Shown here piece after piece: positions 1 through 8,691 of a stretch of DNA of 64,000 nucleotides. The stretch is from Phycisphaerales bacterium (GTDB lineage Bacteria > Planctomycetota > Phycisphaerae > Phycisphaerales > SM1A02). The notes beneath the pieces were generated by a model that made no database searches, was not told the DNA's origin, and saw only the letters and a program-made list of their open reading frames with translations. The stretch lies in NCBI GenBank assembly GCA_046350495.1, contig JAXMAE010000004.1, positions 318,327 to 382,326 of the forward strand, given 5' to 3'. The number at the start of each line of letters is the position of its first letter. Position 1 is the first letter of the stretch. A program made the position numbers and the translations under genes.

Positions 1-63
1 ATCGCCGTCGGCAGCGGCAAAGGTTCGTTGCGGTTCATCACAGCCCGAGTCGATCGCGCCGCG

Positions 64-507
64 TCACGCGGTGGCTCGCACCTGCTCTTGAACGTGCATC
101 AGCACGTGACGCGTCGTCCAGCGCTTCTCCGCGAGCACGAGCTGCATCGCGGTGCACGAACGGGCATTGATGACCAGGGGCCCCTGCAGATTCGCCGTCA
201 GCGCGCCTTCGCGCTTGTTGACGATCACCAGCACCTGGGCGTCGGCGAGGTCGGCGAGGCCGAGTTCGTCCATCTGCTCGCGACGGATCTGCGCCTGGTA
301 GTCGGCGATCCACAGCGCCGGATCAGTGACGACGAACGCCAGGTCCGGCGCCTCGACCGACTGGAGCCAGAAGAACACGCCCTGCTCGTCGGGCTGCAGC
401 AGCGCGTAGCGCCGGTAGCTCGAGAATCCCAGCAGTCCCGCCGGGAACTGGATGATCCGGCCGTCGTCCACATCGACGGTGCCGAAACGGGTGGTCTGCA
501 CAAGCAT
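64..507 (-). CDS. fliW: flagellar assembly factor FliW
   Basis: Lies inside ORF 64..648(-). I chose the internal ATG at 507 (cat at 505-507 on the + strand), which is preceded by GGGAG. The product MLVQTTRFGTVDVDDGRIIQFPAGLLGF...FFWLQS looks like the FliW N-terminus. It is the last gene of a flagellar operon. Confidence 0.85.
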   Translation of the reverse strand: MLVQTTRFGTVDVDDGRIIQFPAGLLGFSSYRRYALLQPDEQGVFFWLQSVEAPDLAFVVTDPALWIADYQAQIRREQMDELGLADLADAQVLVIVNKREGALTANLQGPLVINARSCTAMQLVLAEKRWTTRHVLMHVQEQVRATA

Positions 508-654
508 CGAAAGACTCCCTTTCGTGCGGCGGTCCATTCCTTGGTCATCCGATCGTCCTGATCGGGGACCTCCGTCCTCGCATCGGGTCAAGCCGCGCAG
601 ACCCGAACGATTCCCGCGACCTTCGCGGGTCCTCGCCGCTCCCGCCACGCGGGG

Positions 655-2637
655 CTAGCGAAGGAAATCGAGCAAGCTGAGTTGTTGCGAGCGGGCCGTG
701 ATCTGGTAGCCCGCCTGAAGAGCCGTTTGAAGGTTCTGGAATCGCACCGCCGCCTCGGTCACGTCGACATCCTGAATCTGCGAGCGGAGCGACTGGTCCT
801 GCACCTTGAGGTCCTGTTCGCGCGTCGTCGCGTCGGCGATGCGCTTGGATCGAACTCCGACGTCGGCCCGCGCCTCCACAGCGCGACCGAGATCGGTGTC
901 GAGTCGAGCTGTGGCAAACTCGATGCCGCGCTCGTCATTGGTCGCGAGCGCGTCGCGAAGGGCCATCAGGTGGCTGAAGAGGCTGTTCACCGCAACCGTT
1001 GCGCGGTCCTCGCCAGCAAGCGTTGCGCTGGTGGTCGAGCCGAGAATGCCGAGGTCCGCGGCCGCGGTCGAGTTGTTGAGGTCCGTCACGCTGGTGGTCG
1101 TCCCCGCCGTGTGGTCGGTGAGGCCGATGCCGTTGCCGCTGGACACGAGGCCGGCGGTGAACTCCGCCGGCGTCACGCCCGCCGCCGCCGCCGCGTTGTT
1201 GATCGCGTCAAGCACGTCCTGGACGGTCGTCGCGCCGTCGATGTCGACGTCGAAGCTCCGACCGTCCTTCAGCGTCACGCGGAAGTCGGTGTTGAGCGAC
1301 GGATCCGGAAGCCCGCTGATCGGGTCGATCTGGCCGGAGACGTTGCCGACGCCGCCGCCGTCGTTGAAGTCCGCAAGCAGCGTCGACCCGTGGAACGATC
1401 GGATGCCGAGTTGCGTGGCCGTGGTGCCTCCGGCCACCTCCTCGACGCTCATCGCCGCGCCGGACAATTCGTTGCGGACGTTGAGACGATCCCCCGCCTC
1501 GTTGATCTCCATGCGTACGCCGATGTTCTCCGCCTCGACGAGGCGCATCACGTCCTGCACGCTCGTGGCCGTCGAGAGGTCGATGTCGCGCACCTGGTTC
1601 GCGTTGCGGATCCGAATCGTTCCCAGCGGGAGCGAGAGACCCGACATCGACGACAGCGCCGTCAGCGCGGTGAGCCGCGGCGACACGTCCTGCGTGCTGG
1701 TTGCGACGCCGCCCGGGCAGACGCCGGCGAGGCCGAGGTCCGCGGCGGTCGCCGCCGACACCGAATCGGTGATCGTGACCGTGAAGCCAGCGCTCGGCGT
1801 GATGACGAACCGATCGCCGTTCACCGGATCGATCCCCATCGTGGCTCCCGGGTCCTGCGCCTGCATCGCGGCCTGCACCCGCGCGACCACGTCGCCGACG
1901 GTCTCGGCGTCGGTCAGGTCGACGGTGGTGGCGATCGAGTTCACCGTCACGGTCACCGAGCCGGGGGCGACTCCCTGTCCGCGGGCGCCGTTGAGGTCCG
2001 CGAGTCGCGTCGTCGCGGTCATCGCGGGATTGAGGTCGACGAATCCCTCCACGCGCCCCGAGAGCGCGCCGTACGCCTGCTCGCCCGCCATCGTCAGCTT
2101 GAGCGAACTGCCCGTGGGCAGGTCGGCGCTCATGCCGTCGCCCGAGCCGATGTAGCGATACGCGCCGTGCATGGCGACGATCGGCGCGCTGGCGTGCGCC
2201 GAACCGCCGAAGTAGTGGATGCCGCGCTGCGAGCGGTTGGCGATGTCGACCGCGGCGTCGAGGATCGCGCTGATCACCTGCGACTGGTTCTGCCGCGTCG
2301 CGGAATCCGATCCGACGCCGATCTGCGACAGGCCCACGGCCTTCGCTTCCTGGAGAAGGTCGGTCAGGTCGCCGAGCGACGAGTCGAGCGAGCCGATCAA
2401 CGCGTCCGCCTCGGTGAGGTTGGTGAGTCGCTGGTCGCGTCGCTCGAGCTGGTCGTCGAGGACCGAGACCGCGCTCGTGCCGACGACGTCGTCGCTCGGA
2501 CGGTTGATCCGCTTGCCCGAAACGAGTTCCTCCTGCGTGCGCAGCATCTCGCGCGTCGTCTGGCTGATCGTCGACAGCGACAAGCGCGACGCGAGGAGCG
2601 TCGGCACGCGGCTGAGTGAGGAGGGAAGTGCGTTCAT
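655..2637 (-). CDS. flgL: flagellar hook-associated protein 3 FlgL (long form, 660 aa)
   Basis: ORF 655..2637(-). It has flagellin-superfamily terminal helices: N-terminal ...EELVSGKRINRPSDD... and C-terminal ...RFQNLQTALQAGYQITARSQQLSLLDFLR. It sits directly after flgK, the classical flgL position. It carries a long Thr/Ser/Gly/Ala-rich central region. Confidence 0.85.
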   Translation of the reverse strand: MNALPSSLSRVPTLLASRLSLSTISQTTREMLRTQEELVSGKRINRPSDDVVGTSAVSVLDDQLERRDQRLTNLTEADALIGSLDSSLGDLTDLLQEAKAVGLSQIGVGSDSATRQNQSQVISAILDAAVDIANRSQRGIHYFGGSAHASAPIVAMHGAYRYIGSGDGMSADLPTGSSLKLTMAGEQAYGALSGRVEGFVDLNPAMTATTRLADLNGARGQGVAPGSVTVTVNSIATTVDLTDAETVGDVVARVQAAMQAQDPGATMGIDPVNGDRFVITPSAGFTVTITDSVSAATAADLGLAGVCPGGVATSTQDVSPRLTALTALSSMSGLSLPLGTIRIRNANQVRDIDLSTATSVQDVMRLVEAENIGVRMEINEAGDRLNVRNELSGAAMSVEEVAGGTTATQLGIRSFHGSTLLADFNDGGGVGNVSGQIDPISGLPDPSLNTDFRVTLKDGRSFDVDIDGATTVQDVLDAINNAAAAAGVTPAEFTAGLVSSGNGIGLTDHTAGTTTSVTDLNNSTAAADLGILGSTTSATLAGEDRATVAVNSLFSHLMALRDALATNDERGIEFATARLDTDLGRAVEARADVGVRSKRIADATTREQDLKVQDQSLRSQIQDVDVTEAAVRFQNLQTALQAGYQITARSQQLSLLDFLR

Positions 2638-2657
2638 GGTCTGCTCGATTCGTCGGA

Positions 2658-4349
2658 TCAGACGATCGCCATCAGCGCCTGCAGCGTCTGGTCGATCGTC
2701 GAGATGTAGCGAGCCGCCGCCTGGAACTGCCGTTGGAACGTAAGCAGGTCGACCGACTCCTCGTCGATGCTCACGCCGCTGACCGACTGCTCCTGCGCCT
2801 GGAGACTCTCGCGCACGATCGACGCGCTTTCGGAAGCCTCGAGCGCCGCCGACGTGCGCACCGCGTGATCGTTCACCTGCGCCTGCCAGTAGCCGCGCAG
2901 CGAACGTCCGCCCAGCGCGTCGCTCGACGCGTTCTCGAGCCCCACCATCGCGAGCGCGGATCCGTTCGAGCCCGGCACGTGGCCGACGCCGCTCGCGAGG
3001 AGTCGAGGATCGTCGAGGAGCGCGGCGTTCAGCTCCATGTCCGTCGCGTCGACGCCGCCGAAGAGCGCGTTGACGCCCAGCGCCGCGAGAGCGCCGCTCG
3101 AGTCGTCGGAGAAGGTCAGCTCATAGCCGGCGGCCGCGTCGAGCTTGAGTCGTCCGTCGCCGGTGATCGTCGCGGTCACGTTCCCGAGTCCGGCGCCGTT
3201 GATCGAAGCGGCGATGTCGTTGAGGCTCATGGTGTCGGGATTGACGAGGATCTGCGCCGTCTCGCGCAGCCCGTTCGAGCCGTTGGTCACGCTGAGCTTG
3301 AACGAGCCGTTGCGCACCTCGAACGGCAGGTGCGTCGCGGTCGCGTTGAGCGCGCTCGCCGGATCGTCGAGGGCCACGAGTCCCGTGAGCGAGGACCAAC
3401 CGGTCTTCCCCTGCCCCTGGCTGTGGACGCGGTTGGCCTGGAAGATCAGCTCGTGCGCGAACGTGTCGAGCGCCGCGATCGCGGGGTCGACGGTCTCTTC
3501 GCGCTGCCGGAGGAACCCGCCGATCTGCCCTTCGTTCACCGTGAGCTTGCTGCCGTCGGCGCGGATCCGGACCTCCACGTTCGTCGTGCCGTTGGACGAA
3601 CTCGTGCGCAGCTCGATGCCGCGGTTCTCGCCACCCAGGACCACGGGAAGCGACCCGACGAGCACGTCGATCGCGCCGTTGGGCTGCTCGATCGTCGAGA
3701 CGTCGACCAGCTTGCTGAGCTCGTCCACCAGCGCGTCGCGCCGGTCGCGCAGTCCGTTGGCCTTGCCGATGCCGCCCTCGGTCTGCGAGATCTCGCGGTT
3801 GATGCCCGCGATCTGGCCGAGCAGGCCGTCGGCGCTCTGCACCGCGGCGCCGAGGGAACGGTCGATCTCGTCGCGCACCTTTCCGTATTCGGAGCGAAGG
3901 CTCACGACGTGTTCGGCGATGCCGCTTGCCTGCCGCAGCGTGAGCGAGCGCACGGCGTCGTCCTCGGGATTGTTCGCCAGCTCGCTGAACGCGTTGAGGA
4001 ACTCGGAGAGCTTCGAGCTCAGGTCGTTCCCGGTGAGCTCGTTCTGCAGGCTCTCGATCGAGCCGAGAAATCGCTTGTCGATCTCCACGCCGGCCTCGCG
4101 CGAGACGGCCGTGCGCACCCGCGACTGCAGCGCGGTATCGACGATGCGACCGATGTCCCGCAGCATGACGCCGGTGCCGACGAACGCGTTGGAGCCGATG
4201 CGCTGCGAGAGCGACGGCGACAGGCTCGCGACCTGGCGGTGATATCCCACCGTCGCGGCGTTCGCCATGTTGTTGCCGGCGACCTGCATCGCGGCCTGGC
4301 TCGCGAGGATGGCGGACTGACCGATCTGCAGCGCGGAGGAGAGGCTCAT
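2658..4349 (-). CDS. flgK: flagellar hook-associated protein 1 FlgK
   Basis: ORF 2658..4349(-), 563 aa. The N-terminus MSLSSALQIGQSAILASQAAMQVAGNNMANAATVGYHRQ is the canonical FlgK/hook-family motif. The C-terminus is ...DLLTFQRQFQAAARYISTIDQTLQALM. Confidence 0.92.
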   Translation of the reverse strand: MSLSSALQIGQSAILASQAAMQVAGNNMANAATVGYHRQVASLSPSLSQRIGSNAFVGTGVMLRDIGRIVDTALQSRVRTAVSREAGVEIDKRFLGSIESLQNELTGNDLSSKLSEFLNAFSELANNPEDDAVRSLTLRQASGIAEHVVSLRSEYGKVRDEIDRSLGAAVQSADGLLGQIAGINREISQTEGGIGKANGLRDRRDALVDELSKLVDVSTIEQPNGAIDVLVGSLPVVLGGENRGIELRTSSSNGTTNVEVRIRADGSKLTVNEGQIGGFLRQREETVDPAIAALDTFAHELIFQANRVHSQGQGKTGWSSLTGLVALDDPASALNATATHLPFEVRNGSFKLSVTNGSNGLRETAQILVNPDTMSLNDIAASINGAGLGNVTATITGDGRLKLDAAAGYELTFSDDSSGALAALGVNALFGGVDATDMELNAALLDDPRLLASGVGHVPGSNGSALAMVGLENASSDALGGRSLRGYWQAQVNDHAVRTSAALEASESASIVRESLQAQEQSVSGVSIDEESVDLLTFQRQFQAAARYISTIDQTLQALMAIV

Positions 4350-4352
4350 GGG

Positions 4353-4868
4353 TCAGCTCCGGAGATCGATGGAACGAATCGGAACGGCGCCGGCGAGTCG
4401 GCCCGCGCGCCCGTAGGTGTGCGCGCTGGCGAACGCCTGCTGCACGGTCTGCATCACGCCCGAGACGTGCTGCGCCAGCGCGTCGGCCGCGGCCCGCACC
4501 ACGCTCGACGCGCGACGGCAGGCGTCGACCTCGTCGCGGAGCGCCGCGGCCACGACCTCGAGCGACTCGCGCACGTCCGGATGCGCCCGCGCGGCGAGTG
4601 CCGACATCGTCACGTTGCCGCCGATGCCGAGACGACGAGCCAACGCCCCGGCGACCTCGCCGCGAGCGCGGTCGAGTTCGCCGATGCGAACGATCGCCGC
4701 GTGCTCGGCGTCGAGCGCCTTGCGGAGGGCCGCGGCGTCGGCATGTCGCAGCGCGTCGCGACGACGTTCGATCAGGCCGCGCATCGTGCGGTATTCCTCG
4801 AGCTGCGCGGCGAGCACCGACTCGAGCTTGCGGAACGAGTCGCGGGTCGGATCGGCGGACTTCGTCAT
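4353..4868 (-). CDS. flgN: FlgN-like flagellar export chaperone
   Basis: ORF 4353..4868(-), a 171-aa helical protein (LAAQLEEYRTMRGLIERRRDALRHAD...). It lies immediately upstream of flgK. Its ATG overlaps the upstream stop (ATGA at 4865-4868). Confidence 0.7.
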   Translation of the reverse strand: MTKSADPTRDSFRKLESVLAAQLEEYRTMRGLIERRRDALRHADAAALRKALDAEHAAIVRIGELDRARGEVAGALARRLGIGGNVTMSALAARAHPDVRESLEVVAAALRDEVDACRRASSVVRAAADALAQHVSGVMQTVQQAFASAHTYGRAGRLAGAVPIRSIDLRS

Positions 4869-5281
4869 GCGATCCTCGCTTTTCCGTAGGCCGCGCGATA
4901 CGTCGGACCGTGCGTGGAAACCGGTCGACCCGGCGCGTGCTGCGGCCGGAGCCCGGCGCGGCGAAGCATCGACGTCTCAACGCGATCGACGATGGGCAAG
5001 TGCCCGCGCGACACGATCGAGTCGGCGACGCGCTGGTCGATGATCGGTCCCAGCCGCTCTTCCGCGGTGGTCACGCCGAACACGCCGCCGTGCTGCTGCG
5101 ACTCGCGAAACTGCGCCAGGACCGGCGTGACGAGCGCGTCCGCCACCAGTTGTCTCGACGCGTGATGGATCTTCTTCCGCTCCAGCCGCTCATGCTCCGC
5201 GGCCCGGTCGTGGAGCGGGCGCGGCGCGGTGTGGCGCAGCGGGGCGAGCGGCGCCGTCGATCGCGTGGCGAGCGAGATCAT
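4865..5281 (-). CDS. rod-binding protein (FlgJ N-terminal-domain-only, 138 aa)
   Basis: This is the C-terminal part of shadow ORF 4865..6499(-). The ATG at 5281 overlaps the flgI stop (ATGA at 5278-5281). The segments SRQLVADALVTPVLAQFRESQ...ERLGPIIDQRVADSIVSRGHLPIVDRVETSML resemble the rod-binding domain of FlgJ. No muramidase domain is attached. Confidence 0.65.
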   Translation of the reverse strand: MISLATRSTAPLAPLRHTAPRPLHDRAAEHERLERKKIHHASRQLVADALVTPVLAQFRESQQHGGVFGVTTAEERLGPIIDQRVADSIVSRGHLPIVDRVETSMLRRAGLRPQHAPGRPVSTHGPTYRAAYGKARIA

Positions 5282-6414
5282 TGGCGCACCACCTCCGCCT
5301 TGAACGCCCCTTGGCGATGCAGGCTCTCGACGATCGCGACCTGCGTCTCGAACGGCACGTCGAGTTGGCGCAGCGTGTCGACGAGGTCCTTCAGCCGCGT
5401 CGAGTTCTTGTTCTCGGCGCCGGTCGCGATGGCGGCCCAGGTGCTGGTGATCGCGACCGGATTCTCCGGCGTGGGCTCGAACGGCGGCGTGATCGTGGTG
5501 ATGTGGAGATCGCCGGCGGTCACCGCGGTCGGCCGCAGCTCGACCGACTCGTCGATGGTCATGACCTTGCGGTGCAGGTCGATGATCACGCGACTCTTCA
5601 GACGAAGCAGGTCGTTCGGGACCACGAAGGTCAGCAGGCTGCCGAGGAACTCGTTCGGGTTCGCGCGGGCCGAGTCGGGTATGCGCACGCGAATGGTCTG
5701 GGCGTCCTCGACGCGAGCCGCGCCGGAGAAACCCGAGAGCGAGAGTTCGTCGTTGATCGCCCCGGCGATCGCCGTAGCCGCCGGATATCCGACGTAGGGA
5801 CCGTCGAGAACGAGCACGACCGCATCGCCGTCGAACGGCGACTTCACGATGTCCCGCACGAGCCGGCCTCCGTTCCGCACGCCGCCCGAGGTCTCCACGT
5901 CGCCCGTTTCGATCGGGCCGCCCTCGGCGATGGCGAACGGGATCCACAGCGAGCGGTCGGCGGGGACGACGTCGCTGAGGAGGAACGTCGAGACGAGCCG
6001 GCCGCCCTTGATGCTCTTCGCGTTGGCCACGGCCGAGACCTTCACGTCGACGCGGTCGCCGATGCGGGCGCCGCCGTACGGGATTTCGGCGGTGACGTAG
6101 ACGATCGCGACGCCCTTCAGCTTCGAGAGGTCGGCCCGCGAGGCCGAGATGTTGCCGAGCGTGCGCAGGAGCTGCGAATACGGTTGCCCGGCGATCGTCG
6201 AGTCCTTCATGGAGTCGCCGGTCCCGTTCAGGCCCACGACGAGGCCGAGTCCGACGAGCGTGTCGCCCTCGAGGCCGCGGAGCCGGACGAAGTCCTGCAA
6301 CTCGCCGCCGGCGAAGACCGGATGCGCAAGGACGGCGCAGAGGAGCGCGGCAACGATGCGCAAGAACGTGGACACTTGGCGGGAAGCGAACCGGTCTGTT
6401 GGCCGTGCGGGCAT
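5278..6414 (-). CDS. flgI: flagellar P-ring protein FlgI
   Basis: Lies within ORF 5278..7941(-). The real start is the ATG at 6414, preceded by GGAGG. It has a signal peptide (...LCAVLAHPVFAGG) followed by DFVRLRGLEGDTLVGLGLVVGLNGTGDS... and the C-terminal ...LVDTLRQLDVPFETQVAIVESLHRQGAFKAEVV, typical of FlgI. Product is 378 aa. Confidence 0.92.
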   Translation of the reverse strand: MPARPTDRFASRQVSTFLRIVAALLCAVLAHPVFAGGELQDFVRLRGLEGDTLVGLGLVVGLNGTGDSMKDSTIAGQPYSQLLRTLGNISASRADLSKLKGVAIVYVTAEIPYGGARIGDRVDVKVSAVANAKSIKGGRLVSTFLLSDVVPADRSLWIPFAIAEGGPIETGDVETSGGVRNGGRLVRDIVKSPFDGDAVVLVLDGPYVGYPAATAIAGAINDELSLSGFSGAARVEDAQTIRVRIPDSARANPNEFLGSLLTFVVPNDLLRLKSRVIIDLHRKVMTIDESVELRPTAVTAGDLHITTITPPFEPTPENPVAITSTWAAIATGAENKNSTRLKDLVDTLRQLDVPFETQVAIVESLHRQGAFKAEVVRQ

Positions 6415-6441
6415 GGGAACCTCCGTGTTCCGATCGACGAA

Positions 6442-6457
6442 GGCAAGCCCCGTGCCC
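6442..6457 (-). promoter_or_regulatory. candidate sigma-54 (-24/-12) promoter upstream of flgI
   Basis: The minus strand reads GGGCACGGGGCTTGCC, which fits GG-N10-GC and is close to the TGGCACG-N4-TTGCW consensus. The -12 GC lies about 29 nt upstream of the flgI ATG, leaving a short leader that contains GGAGG. A sigma-54 activator is encoded at 13523..14974. Confidence 0.5.
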
Positions 6458-6459
6458 GT

Positions 6460-6483
6460 CCGTGCGCCCGACCGTGCGCCCGA
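6460..6483. repeat. perfect tandem 12-mer x2 (CCGTGCGCCCGA) in the flgI / membrane-protein divergent region
   Basis: Positions 6460-6471 and 6472-6483 are identical. A degenerate third unit (cccgtgcccgt) overlaps the -24 element of the candidate sigma-54 promoter. Confidence 0.8.
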
Positions 6484-6507
6484 TCGCCCGTCCGTACACT
6501 CGGCCGC

Positions 6508-8667
6508 ATGCAGTCGCTCTCGTTGCCGCGCGGCGCCCTGCCGCTCCTCCTCGCGCTCGGGCTTGCGCTCGTGACGATGGGCGTCGCCGGCTCGTGGGTG
6601 GGCGCCGACCCCGACGCCGGCAACGCGATCGTGCCGGCGCTCGTGACGTGGGGTTCGTCCGGCGCGGTGGCCGCGCTCTGGCTGGCGATGGCGTTCGGGT
6701 TCGGCGGTCGCATCGTCGATCGCCTCGGGCTCGCCGGACGACGCCCCGTCCAACGCGTCGCGCTCGAGGGAGCGCTCGGCATCGCCGCGGCGCTCGCCCT
6801 CGATTCGTTCCTCGGGACGATCGGTGCGCTCGTCGCGTTCCGCGGCATCGCGACCTGGGTGATCACGCTCGCGGGGATCGTCCTCCTCGTGGGACGCTGG
6901 CGCTCGCCGCGGCATCCGCCGGTGCGCCTGCGCCTCTCGATCGTCGCGATCGCGGCCGGCCCGGCGCTCGGCATCCTCTTCCTCGCCGCGGCGAGCGAAC
7001 CGGGCTGGCTCTGGGGCAGCGAGTTCGGCGGATACGACGCCCTCTCCTATCACCTGCCGCTTCCCGCGGAGTGGCTGCGGCTCGGGGCGATCCGCACGCT
7101 GCCGCACAACGTCTACTCGGCGTTTCCGAGCTTCGTCGAGGCGGCGTTCCTGCATTGCTTCGCGCTCGCCGGGGGTCCCGCGAACGGCGCGCTCACCGCG
7201 CAGTGCCTCGCGGCGCTGACGACGCTCGTCGCGGCGCTCAACGTCGCGTGCCTCGCGCGGCGCTTCGCGGGTCCGATCGCCGCGTGCGCCGCGTTCGTCC
7301 TCTACCTCGCGACGCCGTGGATCGTCGTCGTCGGCTCGCTCGCCTACAACGACGGCTTCGTGGGTCTCTTCCTCGCGGCGGCGCTTCTCGTCGTCCTCAA
7401 GCCGCCGCGGGCGAGCTTCGCGTTCGGCGCCGCGCTCGGACTTCTCCTCGGCGCGGCGATCGGCGCGAAGCTCACCGCCGTCGGATTCGTCGCGGTGCCC
7501 GTCGCGCTCGCCGCGCTCGCGACGCGTCGCGCGCGGGCGCTCGCGCCGCTGGCGATCGCCGGCGTCGTCGCGCTCTTCCTCGTCGCGCCGTGGCTCGTGC
7601 GCAACGCCATCGCCACGCGGAATCCGACGTTCCCGTTCCTCGCGACCGCGTTCGGCACCGGCCACTGGACGGCGGAGCAGGTCGCGATCTTCGCGAAGGC
7701 CCACGCGAGCGACCTGCCGATCGCCGATCGCTTCGCCCGGCTGTGGTCGATGTGGCTCGCGTTCGGCTTCGGCGCGAATCCGTCGCCGCGCGATCCGTGG
7801 GCGATGCAATGGTCGATCCTGCCGTGGCTCGGTCTCGCGGGATGCGCGATCCTCGCGACGCGGCCGCGCCTGCGCGGCGTCGCCGCGACGCTCCTCGTCG
7901 TGCTCGTGGCGCAATGCGCGTTCTGGATCGTCGCGACGCATCTCCAGTCGCGATTCCTCGCGCCGACCGCGGTCGTGTTAGCCGCGGCCGCGGCGAGCTC
8001 GCTGACGGCGCGGCGCTGGCGCGGCGCGGAAAAACCGGCGACGCTCGCGCTCCTCGGGTTGGCGCTTCTGCCCGCGTGGATCTACCGATTCGAACCGGCG
8101 ACCGACCACTCCGCGTCGACGCAGACCGGCGCGCCCGCGGCCCTCGTCGGCAATCGCGGCATCGTCACCGGCGAGGCGCATCGCGCGGCGCTCGAAGGCA
8201 CCAAGGACGCCAACGCCCGCAACGAACTGCTGAAGCTCGCGCCGCCGGCGTTCTGGGTGAATTTCGCGTTGCCTGCGCCGACGCCCGAGGATCCGCGCGC
8301 GATTCTCCTCATCGGCGACGCGACGCCGTTTCGCTATCAGCGTCCGCTCGCATACACGACGGTGTGGGACCGCGGGGCGTTCGACGCGGTCGTCGCGCAG
8401 GCACCCGACCATCCCGAGCAGTGGGCCGCGGCGCTGCGTGCGCTCGGCTTCCGCTACGCGCTCATCGACACGACGATGCTCTCGCGCTGGCTCGACAGCG
8501 GCTGGCTCAATCCGGCGATCACACCGGATCGCTTGCGCGAGTTCACCCGCGGCACGAAACCGCTCGCCCGCATGCAGAACGGGACGCTGATCGTGGATCT
8601 CGGCGCGCAGCCGCCGCCTGCTTCGGCGCCCGCGCCGACGGCGACTCCGAACGCTGCGAATCCGTGA
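6508..8667 (+). CDS. polytopic membrane protein, GT-C-type glycosyltransferase-like (ArnT/PMT-like) with a C-terminal soluble domain
   Basis: Lies within ORF 5281..8667(+). The ATG at 6508 opens a run of about 12 hydrophobic segments. The loop motif ...GSEFGGYDALSYHLPLPAEWL... is reminiscent of the first periplasmic loop of GT-C enzymes. The family assignment is tentative. Confidence 0.45.
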   Translation: MQSLSLPRGALPLLLALGLALVTMGVAGSWVGADPDAGNAIVPALVTWGSSGAVAALWLAMAFGFGGRIVDRLGLAGRRPVQRVALEGALGIAAALALDSFLGTIGALVAFRGIATWVITLAGIVLLVGRWRSPRHPPVRLRLSIVAIAAGPALGILFLAAASEPGWLWGSEFGGYDALSYHLPLPAEWLRLGAIRTLPHNVYSAFPSFVEAAFLHCFALAGGPANGALTAQCLAALTTLVAALNVACLARRFAGPIAACAAFVLYLATPWIVVVGSLAYNDGFVGLFLAAALLVVLKPPRASFAFGAALGLLLGAAIGAKLTAVGFVAVPVALAALATRRARALAPLAIAGVVALFLVAPWLVRNAIATRNPTFPFLATAFGTGHWTAEQVAIFAKAHASDLPIADRFARLWSMWLAFGFGANPSPRDPWAMQWSILPWLGLAGCAILATRPRLRGVAATLLVVLVAQCAFWIVATHLQSRFLAPTAVVLAAAAASSLTARRWRGAEKPATLALLGLALLPAWIYRFEPATDHSASTQTGAPAALVGNRGIVTGEAHRAALEGTKDANARNELLKLAPPAFWVNFALPAPTPEDPRAILLIGDATPFRYQRPLAYTTVWDRGAFDAVVAQAPDHPEQWAAALRALGFRYALIDTTMLSRWLDSGWLNPAITPDRLREFTRGTKPLARMQNGTLIVDLGAQPPPASAPAPTATPNAANP

Positions 8668-8691
8668 CGCGCGGGGCGAACGGCGAGCGCA

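Noticed and set aside
1-38. Expected a csrA gene directly downstream of fliW.
   Set aside because: The partial minus-strand ORF starting at 38 reads MNRNEPLPLPTA, which does not resemble the CsrA N-terminus. It is too short to call anything.
682-2619. Long ORFs antisense to, or out of frame with, real genes. Examples are 682..2619(+), 3121..4980(-), the upstream parts of 5278..7941(-) and 41900..44701(-), 43171..46299(+) and 53769..55661(-).
   Set aside because: Their translations are Arg/Ala/Pro/Gly-rich low-complexity shadows typical of very GC-rich DNA. Each overlaps a frame with clear family signatures.
6460-6483. Considered whether the tandem 12-mers here, or the 14-mers at 40733-40760, could be a degenerate CRISPR array.
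   Set aside because: The units are directly adjacent with no spacers, there are only 2-3 copies, and they are far shorter than CRISPR repeats. No cas genes are present.
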